Shown: piece after piece, positions 19,886 to 32,166 of the stretch
Layout: each line of letters opens with the position of its first letter
How positions within the stretch are numbered: the stretch's first letter is position 1
Source: Dimargaris cristalligena
Lineage: Eukaryota
Assembly: GCA_003614675.1 (NCBI GenBank)
Contig: ML002218.1
Span: 1-64,000 of the forward strand
Direction of reading: 5' to 3'
DNA: 64,000 nucleotides
The notes under the pieces: generated by a model
What the model saw: the letters and a program-made list of their open reading frames with translations, nothing else
What the model was told of the DNA's origin: nothing
The model's database searches: none
Translations under genes and position numbers: made by a program

Positions 19886-21689
19886 ATGTTTGGCGGTATT
19901 CCGAAATCGGTGTGGCTGACTACTTGTTTAGCCGGCTACCATTGCTTATCGCCAGTTTTCTCCGCCCCCCTCAACCATCTGCAAGAAAACACTACATCTA
20001 TGGACCTCTCCGCGCAAACCACATATTCTACCACTGGCGACTCTAGCCTGTTGTCACTATTACCCCCTGAACTTTTAGTCAGAATTATTGATTATCTACC
20101 GAGTACCGACACCTACTCATTTTCACTCACAGACAAACACAATAATAGACATGTCCTCGATAATTCGCAATACCAATACCAAGTTGTAAGCATGGACTCA
20201 TATATATATATATATATATATATACCATGAATCATTTATAATGTGTTATTGGACTATAGGTTTACTTTACTAGGTGGTTAGGTAGACTTTAGTTGGATGA
20301 GCGGCTCTTTCATTTTGGGGGTGCAAATGAATACAGTTGCGCCTCACCCAACACCTGTCATGGTCACACACACATACACCATCTCTCTCTCTCTCTCTGC
20401 CTTTCTCCCTCTCACACCGATCATTGCATTATTTCCTACATCCCTCTCCCCACATTATCTAGGGGTTGCTAAAGCGGGCACATATTATTAATACCGCCGC
20501 AACTCACCAATTTACACCCCACCATGCCGCTGAACGGACCGCCGAACTGCTGGGTCCGGAAATAGCCCGGTTTGCCTACCCCATACTGACCACTGAACTA
20601 GCTTCCTACGGCTACTCGGAAGTGGGACAGCCACTCTCACCCTCCTTCACCGACGACCCTAATGGTGCGGTGGAGGCGGACCCGGATATCGAAGATCTGC
20701 TAGAATCGGAGCCGTTTTATCGGGCCCAACTGCACCAACTGGCCCAAACCATGCAGCCGACGCCTTGGGCCACCCTAACGCCGCTCCAACGTCTCCAAGC
20801 TTTCCCTATTCTGACCCTTATTGATCTTCATCCCCCGTCTCTACCACCGCCAACATCCCCCTCTTCCGCCGCCCTCTCCCCTTCGGTCCCATCACTCCGA
20901 CCACTGACCCAACTATTAGACCTACTCACCCTCGATAATAACCGTTTCGCATCCACCTTCACCGATGCTCTGACCCAGCAATATATCCCCCGGCATATCC
21001 CGCCCCTCCTCCAAGCGCTGGAGCAAGACTTCGGTCTCACTTACCCGCTTGGGCGCTACATACACCAGGAAATCACCCGCTTTTTAATACGGGCCACGAT
21101 TGCCCTGCTCGTCGATCGGGCCCTCACGGCCCAACTGGTGGATCTCTTGGTGCACCTCCAACTTCCCCAGTTCCAGAGTTTCCAAGCCGCCGCCCACGTT
21201 TACGCGTTTGTGTTACTCACCGAAACCCAGTGGGGCAACACCCCGGATTGGCTCTCCGACGAGGAGGAGGCGGCGATGACAATGATGATGGTGGTGGTGG
21301 ATAGACCCCCCAGAGCCGCTCATCGTCGCACTTTGGCACCCGAGCAACCGTCCGCAACGACCACAGCCACAGCCACAGCCACAACCACAACGACTCAACC
21401 GTCCAACCCTGAAGTCCAGCTAAAGGTGATTCTGCGAGCCGCCGTTGATCAGTTTCCGATCCAGCAGCGGTCGGACTTTATGGCTTGTACGGAACAGTAC
21501 GGGTATGGGGCCGCCACCTGCGCATTAGAGCAGCGCTGGCCCAGGGTCAAGATAGAGGGTCGTACAGAAGTTAGCCGACCTATTTGTGACCTGATGCTCC
21601 ATAATCCACAACTTATGCAGTGGAGCCCAGCCAAAGGACTCGTCTTATTAACTGATTTATCTTTGGCCTCCGTTCCCAATTCGGTATAG
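19886..21689 (+). CDS. Secreted orphan protein with an N-terminal F-box-like motif; exons 19886-20185 and 20463-21689 (508 aa)
   Basis: ATG at 19886. Hydrophobic N-terminus ending ...LSPVFS|AP. Motif SLLSLLPPELLVRIIDYLPSTDTYSFSLTDK. A phase-0 intron (GTAAGC at 20186 ... CTAG ending 20462) joins the two ORF-track ORFs in frame. Confidence 0.75.
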
Positions 21690-22642
21690 CAATGGACTTC
21701 TTTGCTATAGCATGTAATTTATAGAGTGTGTGCCATACCCTATACACACAATTAGAAGTGGGGCTTTGGGATGCTGAAGTTACTTTGTAGAGATTTGGTC
21801 GCGCTAAGGTATCGTCTTTATTATATTTTCAGCTTAAAGCTAATATACTACCATTGTCCTTTCTGATGGCATTTAACAATGTTTTAAAGGCACTGGCTTT
21901 ATAAATAAATATGGGAATGCAACTGTTAAGCAAGTCCCAGTGTTTAAGTGTCAGTATCCGTGCAGATAGTTTATAATAGCCCGCTAAAACCATTCTCTCT
22001 GAACGCCCAAGCTATCCTATCCTTAATACCAGAATGGGTCACACCATTCCACAGACTCCCTGGGCTAGCAAACCCGAACTTGGCTCCAAGGTTAACGCAC
22101 CAGCCGGGTGCCATTTTTAACGAAGGGATCCCATTCGACTTAAAAATGCCAAAGCCCACTGACTTCCTCCATGCGCAAAAATTATCATTTGGATCTCTCA
22201 ATTAAATATGGAAATGGGGTAATCAATTGTGAATTAAATAGTGGGTTACTATGGAATTGGGGGGGGGGAGGTGAAAGTGGGTTCATCCTTATGAGAACGA
22301 TGGCAGTGCACACAGTCAACATATTCGGGAATGCCTTTTTGGAAGAAGGGATGCAGTATAGAGTTGCCAGCACAGAATGTGCCAACAGTATCATCATTAT
22401 TAGGAATAAATACCTCCGACACAGCAAACTCAAATCTCAACATATCCATCATCATAATCATCAGAAATAAACACAACACATAAACTATAAGGATCGTTCT
22501 GGGATTGAACGATCACGCACTGCACAAAAGGAAACGGGTGATTTTAAGAGGAGAGGGAGTAATATAAAGGGATTGTAGAAGAAGAGGCCGTTGCAAACAC
22601 AGTGATGATAAAAGGATGGGAAGGTGAGAAATCAAACAGAAT

Positions 22643-24321
22643 CTAGTTCTTGCCCTCGAACATCTTCTTAACAATCTGAGTACTCAGACTCTTGGGGCGT
22701 TCCAGGGGCATGCCCAGGGCGCGGTCCCAGATGAGCTGGGAGAGGACACCCAGACTGCGGGACACACCGAAGAGGACGGTGTAGTAGTCCTGTTCGACCA
22801 GACCGTAGTGCTGGGGGAGCACACCGCTGTGGGCGTCCACGTTGGGCCAGGGGTTCTTGGTCTTGCCCTGCTCGGTCAGGACACCGGGCACGATGTTGTA
22901 CAGCTGGCTGACCAGCTTGAACATGGGGTCGGTGGGCAGGTGCTTGAGGGCGAACTCGCGCTGGCAAGTGTACCGGGGATCGGTCTTGCGGAGAACGGCG
23001 TGGCCGTAGCCGGGCACGACCTGGCCGGAGCGGAGGGTCTTCCAGACGTATTCCTTGATGGTCTCATCGGACACCTCGGCGGAACCGAGCTCATCGCGCA
23101 TCTTCATGGTCCAGCGGAGAACTTCCTGGTTAGCCAGACCGTGCAGGGGACCGGCCAGACCGTTCAAACCAGCGGCGAAGGACAGGTAAGGATCGGACAG
23201 GGCGGAACCCACCAAGTGAGTGGCGTGGGCGCTGACGTTACCGCCCTCGTGGTCGGAGTGGATGGTCAGGTACAGACGCATGAGTTCAACGAACTGCTTC
23301 TTATCACCAAAGTCTAGAAGGTTGGCGAGGTTGGCACCGTAGTCGAGGTTAGGGTTGATGGCGGGCAGCTTGCCATCCTTGTACACGTTGCGGTAGATAC
23401 GACCAGCGATGTTGGGCAGCTTGGCGATCAGATCCATGGAGTCCTCGTAGGTGTATTCCCAGTACTTGGACTTGTGGATGCCCTGTTGGTAGGCCTTGGC
23501 GAACTGGCTCTCGTGTTGGAGGGCAGTCACAGCCAGGGAGAACTGGGACATGGGGTGCAGAGTGCTGGGGCACCGGTCAATCAGCTCCTCCACGAAGGAG
23601 GGGATGGCGGAGCGGGCGGCCCATTCGGCGGACAGCAGCTTCACCTGCTCGGGGGAAGGCACCTCACCGGTCACCAACAGCCAGAACAGACTTTCGGGCA
23701 GGGGCTCGTCACCACCTTCGGCGGCAGGCAGCACCTTCTGGCACTCGGGGATGGTCAGGCCGCGGAAACGGATACCTTCCTCGGCATCCAGGACGGAGCC
23801 CTCCCAGATCATACCCTTGATACCGCGCATGCCACCGTAGGCCATGTCGACGGTCACCTCGCCGAGGGGCTTGGAACCATGGGCCTTCTTAACGGCCTTA
23901 ACTTCCTCCTGCTTGGCGGGGATCAGTTCGCTCAGGCGCTCTTTGAGGCCCTGTGGAGTTGAGGGATATTAGGATAGGAAGGGAGTGGTTCGGAGTGGAC
24001 GATTAGAGTGAGACAATGGGGGTGGTCGGGAGGCGGATCCATCCCATGGGTGCTCTCTTAGTCACGTTACGTGAAGCGGGGGTGAGAGGGAGCTCGGGGG
24101 GTTCAAAACGGAGCGGCCCGCTTTTACCTTAGGGAAACTGCCCTGTATGTCGGGTAATGTCTAAGGACTCTCGGACCAGACAAAAGCTGGGCTGATAAAC
24201 TTACCTGTGTGGTGGACTTGAAGCGCTTGGCAGCCACAAAGGAGGAGACCAGAGAGCGCTGGTGGGCGCGGGGAAGGGCGCTGACCAGGTTAAAGGCCCG
24301 CAGGGTGCGAAGAGAAGCCAT
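22643..24321 (-). CDS. CIT1: Citrate synthase, mitochondrial; exons 24321-24205 and 23950-22643
   Basis: Motifs [36 protein letters not shown] and WPNVDAHSG. Exon 1 encodes an Arg-rich presequence. Phase-0 intron CAG|GTAAGT...CACAG. No C-terminal PTS1. Strong C/G-ending codon bias. Confidence 0.97.
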
Positions 24322-26284
24322 GGCGATAGAGGGGTATTCAGGGGGGTGGGTATGTACAATGAGATCGAAAGGGATCGGGGAGCAGTTCAGTAGAATCAAC
24401 TAGACGAGAATGTAAGTTGGGTGGGCAAAGAAGAAGACGAACTATCAAGCGTGGCGGGGGGTTGGGGCAGTCCTCAATATATATATGTTCCATACGGTGT
24501 GGTGTGTCTCACCGTGGCTGATGGTAAGTAGTATCAGTTGGTTGGTGGTGGGGTATATGCGTGTATGCGTCGTATACCTGAGACGCGGGGGTTAGATTAT
24601 AGAGTAGAATAGCCCCTTCCCCATTCTACGCATTTAGTAAGTTACTTGTTGCCCCAATATCCCCGCTGGCCAATCGTACGCCTGCATCGCTAACCAGCCC
24701 ACATCACCCATACATTCGGAGAAGGCTGCTGCTGGCTATATTATGTACCAGGGCAGGGCAGAGAAGGGAGTTTTGGGCACTAGTGTGTATCCGCCCTCCC
24801 CTCTCCCCTTTAGTATCTTTTGGAATGGGCGACATACTATAATACTACATAGGAAGGCTAGGCGGCATATCGTGCTATACAGCCGACCGAGAGGTAGTAG
24901 AGGATGTGTACGCCCAGAGGGGTGATGTATCACTCAATCTAAAACCAGGCTCAGTTATCACGGGTGAGCCAAAGGGCTCCAAAGATACACCCCACCCACA
25001 CGCGCGTTTTTGATTCGATGCTTCGCTAGGCCAGGGCGTGTGATAGGAAAGAAGGAGTAAGACGTAGCTCCTCTTTCACACCATGCCAGCGTGACCCAAA
25101 AAAAAGGAATAGATTAAAAGCCTTATCTTAGTATCCTCTCCCCATTTGTACATCATTCGATATAGATAGTGGAGAAGGAAAGGTAAAAATGAACCTTGGC
25201 TCTGATGTAGTCGGGACTTAATAAAATATCCCAAGCCACATGTAACATACGCTGAACCTTTTACACGCCTGGCCTTCTTTATCCACTGTGTTATCTATAT
25301 CAAATAATAATAACCAGCACAGGGTGTGTAGGCTAACTAAGCAGGTGATAATCGGAAATGAAAACCCATGCCACCCGAAAACAGCTGTAAATAATTTATC
25401 CCCATTTTTTTCTCTGCCCTCTCGATATCCCGAAAACAAATAATCCAAGTATACGTTGTTAAACAGTGATGTGTAGAAGGGATTTATTAATATGGCCTGA
25501 TATACACAGTGTTCGTATTTCCGGTCCGTAACTGGCTTTCTGGTCGGTTCTTATTGTGGGTTTGTTAGTAGAGCCTTAAGCGTCGCACTCTACATCCATT
25601 GGTACCCAACAGTCCAGCGATTGGCCATGTCTAGGAATTGGCTGAGGCCACCTAATCACGGATAAATAATCTATAGTATACTGTTGGAACCAACCGGATG
25701 AGCACCACAATAACGTCACTGGAATTATCACTGCATTTTTCATCGACACTTTAAAGATGGGGTAGGTCTGCATCCGATTTCTTCAGTATATTTAAATGGG
25801 TGAACAAAAGTAAAAATCCAGGCTACTGTGATCGCCATTCTTCTGCCCTCAAACCCATCGGAATTAAGTGCAAAGTACAGGCCCTTTGAGATAGGGGCAC
25901 TGGCAAACATTATCGCCAAGCTATGCTCGGAATGGCTAATATAATGATGTTTTGGCGGGTGGGGGACTTGGCTGTCATTCCGTCCCTCTCCACTAAGCGT
26001 ATCGCATGGTATCAGAGAGCAGTGTATCCCACCCACAGCAGGGTCTCAACCACCCAGTTCGTTGTAATATAGAGCGGGTATATTTAATCAATGGGTCGCC
26101 ACTCAACGGCAGTGCGGCCAAATTAAAAAAAAAAAGACTTCCCGGGGAATACAATATAAAATCTGCGAAAGGAAGGAGGAGTGGCATGTACAGGCGCGGG
26201 TATAGAGAATAGCGATGGGAGTGGATGTAAATATTTTTGAAGCTGTAAAGATAGAGTATTCAAAGAAATATATATATATATAAG

Positions 26285-27625
26285 TTAGCACAGGCCGGAA
26301 AGGGCGCCGATTCCGACCCTTAAGGCATAAATCAAAACCACCAGCATGACCCACAGCTGACCCAGTTCCCACCACGACCGAGCTTTAACTGATATAGTCA
26401 CGCAGGGCTCTGCGGCCGCAACCATGCCTTTGGGTCGGTCGGTATTAGCACCAGAAAGGGGCGGTGGCAGATCAGCAAGGGCCGTTAGATGTGGGAAATG
26501 CCCGCATCGATAGAAGTAGGCCATAAGGCGGTCCTTTTCGTACCACCGCTGTTGGAGCCATTGGGCAAAAGCTTCGGACTCAGTGGGTACGTCGCCCATG
26601 GGTACCCGGCGGACATGAATGTGGATTAGGCGGGGGTAGAAACGCTCCAAAAACATGCGGGGAATCGTGTACGTTTCCTGGGGCACTTGGTCAGCCCGGA
26701 GGCCTTCGCAACCCATAGTGATATCGTACAAATAGTCCGACGACTCGCGTAAGCCCTGGCAAACATGGAACAGGCCGGTGGAGCGGGGCAATAAAACGTG
26801 CTGGGTAGCCGCGTAACCCTGTGCAATTCCAAAGGCACTGGACTTGTTGAGGGCCTTTTGTGAAATGGTGGTTCCCTCAGGGAATAATGTGAGCCAGTAG
26901 GGTAGTGCATCCTGTGCCGTTTCCCGGATTTGTTCCGTAAACGACCGCCGGTCGGCCTCCCAATTGCGGCGGAGAAAGATAAACCGGAAGAATTGCATGC
27001 CCCAGCCGAAAATGGGGATGCTCCTTAGGGAGTCCTTGAGGATGATTTTGACATAGCCGTGGCAGCCAGCGTAGTACGCGACGAACCACAGGTAGATCCA
27101 ATCCATGTATACTTGGTGGTTGGCTATAACAATGGCCCGGGGGGCTAAGTTCAAACGGGCCACGGTGCCATCGAGTACAGCGCACGGCGGCTGGTCCGCC
27201 GCAGTAGGCGATGCAGTTGCGTTAGCGGAGGCGACCAGCGCATCGGGACCCGTTGCGGGGATGCTGGTGTCATGGGTGAGGACCAAAGTGGTCGGGGCGA
27301 GCCATTGGGTCAAGTGAATCAGTACTAGGGTGAAATAACGCTCGGTGTGCTGGCACCAACGGCGAAATAGAAGGGAGTCCAGGGGTCGTAAGGAGTAGGC
27401 GACAAACTGGGAAATATTAATAAGTACCGCGTTAAGGGCCAGAAACAGGCCGAGGACCACGGCGCGAAGGACCCATGGGAGTGAATAGGGGGCAATGGTC
27501 GGGGAATCGGCCTTTTCGCTAGTGAGTTGGTGCAGCTGGGCAGGGGAAAGGGTCTCCTCCTCAGCAAAAGAGGCGCGGCCCGAGTCGGTGGGGGGAATAA
27601 CAGCTGGTTTGAGGTCTTGGCTCAT
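26285..27625 (-). CDS. Lysophospholipid acyltransferase (PlsC family; LCLAT1/Cst26-like), about 446 aa
   Basis: NHQVYMDW (HX4D), FIFLRRNW, LFPEGT, LLPRSTG, YDITMG and W...RWYEKD motifs. N- and C-terminal hydrophobic segments. First ATG at 27625. Confidence 0.9.
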   Translation of the reverse strand: MSQDLKPAVIPPTDSGRASFAEEETLSPAQLHQLTSEKADSPTIAPYSLPWVLRAVVLGLFLALNAVLINISQFVAYSLRPLDSLLFRRWCQHTERYFTLVLIHLTQWLAPTTLVLTHDTSIPATGPDALVASANATASPTAADQPPCAVLDGTVARLNLAPRAIVIANHQVYMDWIYLWFVAYYAGCHGYVKIILKDSLRSIPIFGWGMQFFRFIFLRRNWEADRRSFTEQIRETAQDALPYWLTLFPEGTTISQKALNKSSAFGIAQGYAATQHVLLPRSTGLFHVCQGLRESSDYLYDITMGCEGLRADQVPQETYTIPRMFLERFYPRLIHIHVRRVPMGDVPTESEAFAQWLQQRWYEKDRLMAYFYRCGHFPHLTALADLPPPLSGANTDRPKGMVAAAEPCVTISVKARSWWELGQLWVMLVVLIYALRVGIGALSGLC

Positions 27626-29192
27626 GGGTGGCAATGGGCAAATGGCCTGGGCTGATTGGAATGCAATTCCCCGAGGCAGAATCCAAGGTGGTTAATAATA
27701 TATATATAAAGACGGAGAGTGGGGGTTAAGAGACAAAGCAATGGTGGTGAAAGTCAGCGTGCCTCTAACCACAGGCGTGAGGGGGGCTATTCAGGTACAG
27801 GAAAAAGGCGGTCGAAGGGAAATGAAGGAACCTGCGGGTTATAAGTAAAATGGGGGGGGGGGGTGCTCTAGGGAGGAGAGGGTGCCAATCAATATATGCA
27901 TGCGGTTAGGAGAGAACCGGAAGGAAGGACACTATCGTCGCGTGTAACAAAGAGCGCTGCAGCCAGGTTGAAGACTCGGTAGTATGATATATAAATGTCT
28001 CGAATAAACCTGCAAGCACGCTGGGCCGTATTGTTAAAGAAGAGAGTTCGAGGGTAATATCGAACGTGGTATATCTCCCTATATATATATCAGCGGGCAA
28101 GGCTGCATCTCACCATAAAAGGACTATTCCGTTAAATTAGAGCTATCGTAGGGGGGAAATGGATATAGTGATCGTTGATTATTAGCCCGCAATCTTAACT
28201 CCTTTCTTATTTACACTGGTGTGTTGTTGAACTTCATCGCTATTGTTCGTTAGTCCCCAGTAGAGATGAATAAAACATGCACACAGGGGCCCATCATTCG
28301 ACCCAATGGCTGTAAATCCCTCCAATCATCGCCACGAATATCCTTCCAACTTTGCGAAAGAATCAACCAGGGCCAAATGCCATTGGCACAGGTTGGTTAA
28401 GACAATGAATTAATGGCCAAATCAACCGCCAAGTCGAATGGTGAAAGGAATTGGGTGCAAGGGGGTTTTTTTAATAGGTGTAATGTGACATGGTCGAGGC
28501 TTACGCGGTAAATTACATGCAAGCAAAAAATGCATGAGTAACTACCGCCCAAAGGCGTAAGCACAACGCAATACCTCTAGCCAGGTGACAGTGTGAAAAA
28601 ATAATGCTCTGATCGTGCTCACGGTGCTGTGAAACAGGTACCTTGTGATAACTGAAGGATGACTATATATCGTGGATAAGGGAAAGAGTAACGAGTGGAG
28701 GAGGGCGTGTCAATCTACTCCCAATTCGTACAGCAACGGGGCCCTTTATTTTCTTATTTAAAAAACCCCTGCAAAACTCACTACCACCTAGAAAAGCGCA
28801 AAATGACTGGGGGAACCATTGCTTAAGGTCAATATTGCACCCTCGTCCAAAGGTGCATCGCATTATTTAGACCTGAAGAAGCCAATAATGGCTCCTATCC
28901 AACATTGTGTTATTCTAGTTTCACGTGCCAATCCAGTCAATATAAGGTGCTTCGGTATCTGGTAGATTGCCAGAAATATGCACTCAGAGATGTTATATCC
29001 ATCGGCCAGCCAAATTAGGTCGATTCCAGACCAACTCTACCCTGCATTCCATGTTGCTCGCGCTATATTAGAGGCGCTTGAGTGGTTTATTCAATATAAA
29101 TATAAATTTATAAAAGACAAAACCCTAGCCAATACCTAACCCCTACTTAAGACTTGTCCCAGAATTAATTAAACTTCGTCAAAACCCCATCG

Positions 29193-30083
29193 CTACCAAA
29201 GTGGATCGAAATCATGAACAAAATCGCCACAATCCACATCACCATAGGAAGCAATATCCATACGAGACACCTCCACCGCCGGTAAAATAGCCGCCAATCC
29301 GCGGTAGGTAACGTTCATTGAGGCATACCGGCGTGTCCCGTCCACCGCCTCTTCATCATCGTACGATTGAAAATAAAAGGTCCCATGGTCGTCATTACCC
29401 GGGTGCATAACAAAAAACTCGTGAAGGGAGTACGGATACGATTCAAAAATGCGGCACATGGCATCCAGCTCAAAAGTACCCGTCACGTACATAATCGACC
29501 GGAGTTGCTGCCCCAGGTTATTATCCATGACATTAGTGACAAATCCCGGAATGTTGCGTAGGCAGTGCGCAGGCGTCGAACGAAAGAACAGAAAATGGTG
29601 CGGACGTTCGCAGAAAAAGCGGTACTGCGGATCCCACAGAAGGGTAGTGAGTCGTAGGGGATAATTACTGTGAACGCTCTTAATGCCCGTCCGTGACCCG
29701 TACTTACACCAAAGCTCCCCCTCGAAAGACGGGAGTTCACTGTGGTCATCAATCATAAACTGACTGGCATAGCTTTGCAATATCGGCTGCATGGCTGCCG
29801 AACTGGCCCACTCGGCAGTACTTGGCAAGGGCATAGGCTTAGGGTCCGATGGCGACTGGACGCCGATGGTACGGCAGTACTCGGGGTGGTCAAAAATAAT
29901 AAAGAACGAGCGGTGGTACTGCTGTGGGTCTAGGTCAAGGACCACGTCGGTCAAAGCGGCCCGGTCACTTGTATCGTCGGTAGTTCGGAAATCGACGTAC
30001 GGCGCCTCATACTTATTGAAAAGTTTGGATTCGGGGCTGAACCCCACAACGGGGTTAACAAAAATAACGGTCTTCGTCGGCAT
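29193..30083 (-). CDS. Hypothetical protein, lineage-specific family (296 aa)
   Basis: ATG at 30083 (MPTKTVIFVNP...). Globular-looking composition. Coding status is supported by protein-level conservation with the neighbouring paralog at 31333-32166. Confidence 0.8.
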   Translation of the reverse strand: MPTKTVIFVNPVVGFSPESKLFNKYEAPYVDFRTTDDTSDRAALTDVVLDLDPQQYHRSFFIIFDHPEYCRTIGVQSPSDPKPMPLPSTAEWASSAAMQPILQSYASQFMIDDHSELPSFEGELWCKYGSRTGIKSVHSNYPLRLTTLLWDPQYRFFCERPHHFLFFRSTPAHCLRNIPGFVTNVMDNNLGQQLRSIMYVTGTFELDAMCRIFESYPYSLHEFFVMHPGNDDHGTFYFQSYDDEEAVDGTRRYASMNVTYRGLAAILPAVEVSRMDIASYGDVDCGDFVHDFDPLW

Positions 30084-30979
30084 TGTAAGGGGAGATACTT
30101 TGGAATAATTAATGTAATCAAATAAAATAGAAGAAGCATCTGTTAGGTAGGGCGGTGGCCGCAGCTGCCCACATATATCCCCTATTGGGCACCACAGTAA
30201 ATACGACGTTGCCCAACGGCCTATGTGTGTACAGTACCTCCTATCCCCTATTTTTTCTCGCTGCAAATATATATCAGCCAATAGAGTGAGGTTACGGGTA
30301 TATACTATACAGGCACCGTAAAGGCATCAGGCGATCATCCCCACCGGCCAACCAATGCGAAGAATTTATATAGACGGTGTTAGCATCTCCTCCTAAACCT
30401 TAACTACCTCTACTAGTTATTAATAAAATAACAATGGGGCAGATTGTAGCACTATCTAATCCTGGACATCATGTAGTAGAAAAGGCACCAAATGATCATA
30501 ACTGGGGAAGTTCATGGGCGTACAGTAGCACAATTAAACAAATGCGAATTTTATTAAATTGTCAGCTGATATCCGGTCATTATTCCCAATAATTATGCGT
30601 TATTACCTTGCCACACCTATAGGTTTGGATTTATAATGTCAATTTAGTTAAATTGTGCATTTGGGCAAATAAAATAGTATAGCGGATAATACACAATGGA
30701 GTTCAGCAAGCTATACATGTAGTCATACTTCTGCTAAGCCTGGCTAAACTAATAAAATGCGCACAGGCGCATTCACAAGTACTAGGCACGCGGCATGATA
30801 TATATGTCGCGGTGGTTAACTACACCACTTGGTAGCAGTTTTCACCAATATAGACTGTCCAATTTTATCATTGGAAAATCACTCATGATAGTCCTTGGTG
30901 CGGCAACATTTGGGACAGGCTCCGGTCCATCATCAACGATAGGTCTGTTTGGCTTCAGTAATTTCAGTGGGTTAATATA

Positions 30980-31047
30980 AATGGCCAATACTTTACCATT
31001 TACTGCATAATCCGAATCTTATACAGCTGTGCTGAACTTCCCTCATA
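30980..31047 (-). mobile_element. Partial MITE-family remnant
   Basis: CTTATACAGCTGTGCTGAACTTCCCTCATA resembles the family TIR (reverse complement of the left end: CTTATACAGCTGGTTTGAATTTCACCCATA). GGCCAATA lies upstream, as in the full copies. Confidence 0.4.
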
Positions 31048-31332
31048 CCAAATAATTCGACAGAAACCAGAGCCTCAATTCGAATTAGCTTCTCTACAAA
31101 GTATTGCCAAACAATAATGCACCAGTTTCAGTCTGTGATATATTTTTGCGCCTTTCCTTTGTAACCTCGTTATGATTTCTTATTAATACTACGTGGCCCA
31201 CAACAAGCGGTACCCTCTGGCCTCCCGACTATAGTGAATATTACTACACTTCCAGGTGGATGTAATGGTGAGTTTGTTTGCGTACTATTGGACTGAGTGA
31301 ACTGAACAGCAGTTAAACGAACAAGGTCACCT

Positions 31333-32166
31333 CTACTCATTGTAGATACCATCTTCGCCCAAGTCCTCGGGGACTTGACTAAAGTCAAGTTCACCCATTT
31401 CGATCATCGGCAGCATACAGACTAATGCCTTGTACGTGGTGCGTAAGGGAAAGTACACCTTTCGTTCCCCAGTCTCATCATTAGCACACGTGGCGTAGTA
31501 AAAGGTACCCAAACCATCGCCATTATCAGGATTCGTGACGAAAAAAAAACTCATGAGAGGACTAAGAATTCGATTCCAAAATGTGAATCAACTTATCCAG
31601 TTCCAACGTACCCGTGACATACATGACCCGGCCCAGCTGGTTGGGCACGCGACCGCTGTCGAGATGATTGATGATAGCGGGGATTGTGCGCAAGCAGTGG
31701 TCCGGGGCAGTCCGGAAAAATAAGAAATGAAAGGGGCGGTCAGGGTAGTACCGGTCCTGCGGATCATAGAGCGGTGATGGGTATAGATGCACCAAAGCTC
31801 ATTAGTAAAGGACGACGGGGTATCGGCCGTGGCCACACCCATAAAGGGCAGGGAAGGGTGGTGGGATGGGGTAGTGATATCCAAGGCCGCGGCGACCATC
31901 GGTGGCAGCGGAGTGGGTCGGTGGGGGTCAGTGTCCCACCGGACGCTGACGAAACGACAGTGCTCGGAATGGTCGAAAATTATAAAGAAGGTGCGGTAAT
32001 ATAGTCGGGGGTCCAACCCACGGACCTGGTCGGCTAACGCAACCGTGTCACCCGTATTGTCCGTGGTTCAGAAATCGACGCACGGAATTTCGTATACCTC
32101 GAAGAGTTTGGTTTCGGGACTCAAGCCCCATTGAGAGTGGGTGAAAATAACGACATTGGCCCGCAT
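31333..32166 (-). pseudogene. Pseudogene paralog of the 29193-30083 gene
   Basis: MRANVVIFTHSQWGLSPETKLFEVYEIPCVDF*TTD aligns to the paralog, with TGA (32068-32070) in place of CGA. A deletion with frameshift follows ELWCIY (about 31785), then TAG at 31562-31564 and a frameshift in the A9 run (31541-31549). Homology continues (HFLFFR, MYVTGT.ELD, GTFY). Confidence 0.85.

Noticed and set aside
32068..32070. In-frame TGA considered as selenocysteine, readthrough or an alternative genetic code
   Set aside because: The paralog has CGA (Arg) here, and the same copy carries a TAG and two frameshifts, so it is a pseudogene lesion.
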